This document shows, in pieces, positions 59,407 through 64,000 of a stretch of 64,000 bases of DNA (positions are counted from its first letter, which is position 1; each line of letters opens with the position of its first letter). This DNA is from Planctomycetia bacterium (lineage in GTDB: Bacteria; Planctomycetota; Planctomycetia; Pirellulales; PNKZ01): the NCBI GenBank assembly GCA_021413845.1, contig JAIOPP010000021.1, positions 75,975 to 139,974 on the forward strand, read 5' to 3'. The notes beneath the pieces are model-generated. The model searched no databases. It had not been told where the DNA came from and saw nothing but the letters and a program-made list of their open reading frames with translations. A program made the translations under genes and the position numbers.

Positions 59407-59491
59407 AGCGGGAGAGTTTCGTGAAGAGTCGTGAAAGGTTTAAGCCGGGAGATGGGTGCTTGCCCGGCATTGAGGTGAAGCGTGTGTCCGT

Positions 59492-60328
59492 TTACCAGTC
59501 GCCGGTCGCCCCTCCGCCGCCCGAGAAGCCACCATCGAACCCGCCGCCGGAATAGCCGCCACCTGAACTGTTTGAACTGCTATTCGAGAGCATTTGATAG
59601 AGGATCGTGCCGATGAGGCCGAACAACAGCCCCCAGCCGATCCAGGCCCAGCCCCCCGAGCCGCTGCGAATCAGCGAGATGATCGTGACGATTCCCACGA
59701 TGCCGAGCACGATCACGAGCCATTGCGGAGGTCCGCTCGCCCCGCCCGTGGAACCGGTCGACGAATGAGCAGGAGCCGGCAACGTCAGGCCTCGCGCCAT
59801 CTTGTCGAGTGCTTCGACACCGGCCAAGATGCCGCCGGGGAAGTCTCCTTGCTTGAAGCGGGGCACGATCTGCTCGCTCATGATTTGCTGCGCGAGCTTG
59901 TCTTGGTCGTGTCGCCAATGGTCTCCCAGTTCGATGCGGGCCTTGCGATCTCCTTTCGAAACGAGCAGCAGGATGCCGGTGTTCCAATCTTGGCCGTTCA
60001 CTTTGGCAACACCGACGGCCCATTGATCGAATAGTAGATTGGCGAAGGTTTCGATCCGCATCCCCTCGCCGCCGTGATTCGCCATCTTGTCGATCGTGAC
60101 GACGATGATCGGCGTCGCTTTCTCGGTGAGCAGCTTGTCGCCGATCTGCGTGATCTTCGCGATCTCGGCCGGCGTGAGCAGGTGGGCTTCATCGCGCACG
60201 AATTCCCGATCGCCGGGCCGATCGAGCGTGATCTTGCCGGGCTCGGCCAGCGCGACACCTACGGACGGCCCGCAATAAGCCGCGACGAGCGCGACCAGGA
60301 ACACAAGCACGCGTTTGCGATGCGACAT
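59492..60328 (-). CDS. TPM-domain protein, YgcG-like, with C-terminal TM and Gly-rich tail
   Basis: I moved the start to ATG 60328 (MSHRKRVLVFLVALVAAY signal). PIIVVTIDKM, NTGILLLVSKGDRKARIELG, and a tail GGGYSGGGFDGGFSGGGGATGDW typical of YgcG-type proteins. Confidence 0.7.
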   Translation of the reverse strand: MSHRKRVLVFLVALVAAYCGPSVGVALAEPGKITLDRPGDREFVRDEAHLLTPAEIAKITQIGDKLLTEKATPIIVVTIDKMANHGGEGMRIETFANLLFDQWAVGVAKVNGQDWNTGILLLVSKGDRKARIELGDHWRHDQDKLAQQIMSEQIVPRFKQGDFPGGILAGVEALDKMARGLTLPAPAHSSTGSTGGASGPPQWLVIVLGIVGIVTIISLIRSGSGGWAWIGWGLLFGLIGTILYQMLSNSSSNSSGGGYSGGGFDGGFSGGGGATGDW

Positions 60329-60447
60329 GATTCGGAGCTCCTCGGCAGCGAAGCGCGAGATTCGAGAAAGCAAGCGATTCTCAGAGCGCTGCGATACGAA
60401 GATTATCCGGCAGACCGACGGCGCGGTCAATCGGCGGAGCGAGGCAG

Positions 60448-63400
60448 TCAGGCGGCGTCGGTATCGTTCGACGCCGCTGCGTCGCCGGACTTCGCTTCAT
60501 CGCTCGCGCCACGACGTTCGATGATTTCGCCGTTGTCGCGCACGTCTTCGAAGCGAACCGCGACCCGTTTCGACACGCCGGACTCTTGCATCGTGACGCC
60601 GTAGAGGGTCGTCGCGCAGGTCATCGTCTTCTTCGAGTGGGAGACGATGATGAATTGCGTCCAGGCGAGGAACTCATGCAATACGCCGACGAACCGGCCG
60701 ATGTTGGCTTCATCGAGCGCGGCATCGACTTCGTCGAGCACGCAGAACGGACTCGGCCGATATTGAAACACGGCCAACAACAACGCCACGCAGGTCAGGG
60801 TCTTCTCGCCGCCGCTCAGCAGCGAAATGTTGCGTGGCTCTTTGCCGGGCGGTCGGGCCAAGATCTCGATTCCGGCGTCGAGAATGTCGACCCCTTCTTC
60901 GAGGACGATGTCTCCTTGCCCGCCGCCGAAGAGTTTGCGAAACAAGATCTGAAAATAGCCTTTGACGGTGTCGAGCGTCTCGGCGAAGAGCCGCCGGCTG
61001 TCGGCGTCGATCTTCACGATGATCGCTTCGAGCGACTTCTTCGCCGAGGTCAGATCGTCGTACTGCTCCGAGAGCGACTTGAAGCGGGTCTCGAGTTCAT
61101 CAAGCTCGTCGAGCGCATCGAGATTCACGTTGCCGATGTTGTTGATCTTGCGGCGCAGGTCGGCGATCTGGCGTTCGACTTCCTCGCGCTGTTGCTGTTC
61201 TTCGGCCGAGGCCGGAAGCTCGAGCGTCGCGAGATCGATCCCGTAATCGTCGCGAATCCGATCGGCGAGGTTCGCTCGTTCCATGCGCGTCGTCTCGACC
61301 GATAGCTCGAGCGCGTGCAATTCTTCTTGCAGGCCTCGCAGCCGGCTCCGTTCCTTCTGAGCGTGCGTGGCAAGGGTCGTCCGCTCGGAGCGCAACCCTT
61401 CTTGGCGCTCGACCTGCGCCGCCGCTTCACGCAGCGACGATTCCTTCACCAAGTACGCTTCCGCCGCGTTCCCTTCGGCACGCAAAATGTTGAACTCCGA
61501 GCTGCGAGTGCGCATCAAACACTCGGCCAAGTTCGCGCGGCATTCATCGAGGGCTCGTCGGCGCTCGGCTTGGTCTTGCTCATGGCGAATCTTTTGCGCG
61601 CGCAGATGATTGAGCCGCTCTTCGCTCGTCGCGAGTTCGATCTTCGCCGTGGTCAATAGTTCTTCGAGTTCGCGACGTTCCCCGGCCGACGATTCGAGCT
61701 GCGTCTTGAGATCCGAAATCTCTCCTTCAGATGTTTGTCGGTCTCCCTGCGCCGAGGCGATGCGCAGATCGACTTCGCTGCGACGCCGAGCCACTTCGCG
61801 CGCCTCGGCCGTAGCAGCTTCGGTTTCACGTTGCAGGGCCGACGCCTGGCCCGTCAGGTCTTCATGCTGCTGAGCCAACACCCGTCCGCGGCTTCGTTCA
61901 TCGGCCACGGTTTGCAGCAAACCTCGCTCGGCGGAAACGAGCAGTTGCAATTCCGTTTCCCGTTCGGCGACACGCCCTTCGACGAGCTTCAACGCTTCGG
62001 CGGCGGCGGTGATTTCTTGATCGACCTCGATGATCTGATCGCGGAGAGCTTGCAACTCGCTCCGTCGCGAAACGAGCCCTGCTCCCGCAGCGCGGCGCCC
62101 GACGATCATTTCGCCGGCCGCAGTGGTGAGGTCTCCTTGTCGCGTGACGAAATCGAGCCACGGGAACTCGGCGCGCAATTCCAATCCGCGCGCCACCGAC
62201 TCGACCAACCACGTCGAGCCGAGCAGCAAGCGGACCAAGCCGCGGTGCTCGAAGTCGCAATCGACGAGCAAGTCTAAACGCCCGACGACGCCGACCCGCC
62301 CCGCCGGCGAACTATCGGCAGCCGGGATCGCGACCGGCGGCAGCCCTTCGAGAAATAAGAATCCGACCCGACCATCGAGTTGCTGCGAGGCGAAAGCCGC
62401 GGCTGCGAGCGGACCGGTTTCGGCAGGGACGACGATGAACTGCGCACGCTCGCCGAGCACCGCATCGACCGCCGGAGCGGCATCGAACGGGGAGCGAATC
62501 AGGTCGGCTGCGAGACCGATGGTCGCTTGCAGAGGGCCGGCTTCTTGCTTCTCGCGGAGGCCGAGAATTTGCTTCACGCCGACTTGAAGCCCCTCGCGGC
62601 GGCGTTCCAAATCTTCGAGCAGATGCGAGCGTTCGGCCAGCGCCGCTTGCCGGCGGCGCATCTCGTTGACGCGCTCGGCGCTTTGCTGCAACTCCGACTG
62701 CAACGTCGCAATCTCGCCTCGGGCCGCTTGGCAAGCCGCCGAGGCCGAGGCGAGCTGCGCTTCCCAGGCACTGAGGCGCTCACGGTGTTCGGCAAGATTC
62801 GTCGTCGCGACGGCGAGGCGTTCGCTTAAGTCGGCGTGGCGAGCTTCGCGCCGCGCCGCTTCTTCGCGTTGCACGGCGAGCCGCGCACCGAGCATGGCGA
62901 GCTCACTCTCGGCGGCGGCTTCGGTCTGCTGTAGCTCGCGCATGTGGGCGCGGAGCCGTTCGAGTTGTTTTTCGGCTACGCGACGTCGGTCGTCGAGCGC
63001 CGTGCGGCGCGATTCGACCGTGGCGCGGCCTTCGGTCAACGCGGCGTATTGCGTTTGCGCCGATTCGAGAGCCGACGACGTTTCGACGACCCGAACTTTC
63101 TGGTCACCGGCTTTGCCGTGCAAGTCGCGCAGGTGCCGACGGTGTCGAGCAGCCTCTTCTTCCAACTCGCGACAGCGTTCCCGCTCGTGATGCATCACCG
63201 ACTCATCGGCCGCGATGCGCTGCACGGCTTGCGAGCCACGACCTTCGACGACGCGCAACGAAGCCACGACGTCGCCGAGCCGAACATCGATTTCCAGCAG
63301 CCGCGCTTCGGCCGTATCGAGCTCGCGCGACAGGCTATCGCGACGCGTCGTCTTCTCCGCGACCAACGTCTCTTGCTCGACCAGCTTCTCGCTCATGCGC

Positions 63401-64000
63401 CGCCAATCGACCTGCGCGGTTTGCGTTCGCAGCTGTTGCAAGTGCTCGACGTGTTCTTGATAGCGGCGCGCTTTCGTCGCCTGATTGCGCACGCTCTTCA
63501 GCCGGTTCTCGACCTCTTCGACGATATCCTTCAAGCGGAGCAAGTTCTGGTCGACCCGTTCCAGTCGGCGGAGCGACTCCAACTTGCGGGCTTTGAAACG
63601 GCTGATGCCGGCCGCTTCCTCGAAAATGTTGCGGCGTTCCTTCGGCGACGACTGGAGCAAGACGTCGACTTTACCTTGCTCGATAACGCTATAGGCGTCG
63701 GTCGCGGCACCGGTGCCCGAGAAGAGATCGCGAATATCGCGCAACCGGCAGGGTTGCTTATTGATCAGATATTCGCTTTCGCCGTTGCGATACACGCGGC
63801 GCGTGATCGCGGCGTCGGGGGCGTCGATCGGCAGCCGCTTCGCGGAATTGTCGAAGACGAGGGTCGCTTCGGCGGCGTTCATCGGCGTGCGAGTGGCCGA
63901 GCCGTTGAAAATGACGTCGGTCATTTCCTTGCCGCGCAGGCTCTTCACGCTCTGCTCGCCGAGCACCCATTTAATGGCATCGACGACGTTCGACTTTCCC
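60448..64000 (-). CDS. smc: Chromosome partition protein Smc (5' end beyond the right window edge)
   Basis: The reverse complement of 63957-64000 still reads [17 protein letters not shown] (end of Walker A). Long coiled coils and a hinge ([10 protein letters not shown]...). C-terminal LSGGEKTL signature and Walker [13 protein letters not shown]. Confidence 0.95.
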   Translation of the reverse strand, partial: GKSNVVDAIKWVLGEQSVKSLRGKEMTDVIFNGSATRTPMNAAEATLVFDNSAKRLPIDAPDAAITRRVYRNGESEYLINKQPCRLRDIRDLFSGTGAATDAYSVIEQGKVDVLLQSSPKERRNIFEEAAGISRFKARKLESLRRLERVDQNLLRLKDIVEEVENRLKSVRNQATKARRYQEHVEHLQQLRTQTAQVDWRRMSEKLVEQETLVAEKTTRRDSLSRELDTAEARLLEIDVRLGDVVASLRVVEGRGSQAVQRIAADESVMHHERERCRELEEEAARHRRHLRDLHGKAGDQKVRVVETSSALESAQTQYAALTEGRATVESRRTALDDRRRVAEKQLERLRAHMRELQQTEAAAESELAMLGARLAVQREEAARREARHADLSERLAVATTNLAEHRERLSAWEAQLASASAACQAARGEIATLQSELQQSAERVNEMRRRQAALAERSHLLEDLERRREGLQVGVKQILGLREKQEAGPLQATIGLAADLIRSPFDAAPAVDAVLGERAQFIVVPAETGPLAAAAFASQQLDGRVGFLFLEGLPPVAIPAADSSPAGRVGVVGRLDLLVDCDFEHRGLVRLLLGSTWLVESVARGLELRAEFPWLDFVTRQGDLTTAAGEMIVGRRAAGAGLVSRRSELQALRDQIIEVDQEITAAAEALKLVEGRVAERETELQLLVSAERGLLQTVADERSRGRVLAQQHEDLTGQASALQRETEAATAEAREVARRRSEVDLRIASAQGDRQTSEGEISDLKTQLESSAGERRELEELLTTAKIELATSEERLNHLRAQKIRHEQDQAERRRALDECRANLAECLMRTRSSEFNILRAEGNAAEAYLVKESSLREAAAQVERQEGLRSERTTLATHAQKERSRLRGLQEELHALELSVETTRMERANLADRIRDDYGIDLATLELPASAEEQQQREEVERQIADLRRKINNIGNVNLDALDELDELETRFKSLSEQYDDLTSAKKSLEAIIVKIDADSRRLFAETLDTVKGYFQILFRKLFGGGQGDIVLEEGVDILDAGIEILARPPGKEPRNISLLSGGEKTLTCVALLLAVFQYRPSPFCVLDEVDAALDEANIGRFVGVLHEFLAWTQFIIVSHSKKTMTCATTLYGVTMQESGVSKRVAVRFEDVRDNGEIIERRGASDEAKSGDAAASNDTDAA

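Overview
High-GC bacterial chromosomal segment. Gene content looks Planctomycetota-like, but this is inference from motifs only: PSCyt-like C-x-CH protein, giant PQQ/beta-propeller protein, MoxR-DUF58-BatA cluster, HTH-receiver regulators. No searches were run. All family calls come from reading motifs in the supplied translations, and coordinates were re-derived by hand where I moved a start codon. The ORF track uses alternative start codons (e.g. GTG at 57160 and 41128 shown as M). Layout: (1) 441-6034, minus-strand housekeeping genes tpiA-secG-yicC-gmk-rpoZ-coaC-coaB, then pheA. (2) 6400-12045, dnaK and clpB on the plus strand, separated by a compact low-GC two-gene insert: a 106-aa unknown plus a 213-aa TIR-domain protein. 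This insert is my best candidate for an undescribed system. (3) 12147-27722, mixed envelope and metabolism genes: M28-PDZ peptidase, skp-like, lpxC, oxidoreductase, ABC-2 permease, acylphosphatase, TerC, hybrid histidine kinase, M42 peptidase, Cys/Met PLP enzyme, DUF3137-like plus LemA, HU. (4) 28235-53012, a roughly 25-kb co-directional run of 14 tightly packed or overlapping genes. It comprises a 1641-aa PQQ-like beta-propeller/TPR protein, a prenyltransferase/squalene-oxidase-repeat protein, MoxR, DUF58, BatA-like and vWA-like membrane proteins, coiled-coil/low-complexity secreted proteins, an NPCBM-like protein, three tandem HtrA-like paralogues (only the first keeps His/Asp/Ser) and a small membrane protein. 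(5) 53027-64000: two secreted hypotheticals, queG, a dus gene, an HTH-receiver regulator preceded by about 840 nt of apparently non-coding DNA, two TPM-domain genes, and smc running off the right edge. I found no rRNA, tRNA, CRISPR array or recognisable transposase. Many long Arg-rich ORFs antisense to real genes are high-GC shadow frames and were rejected.
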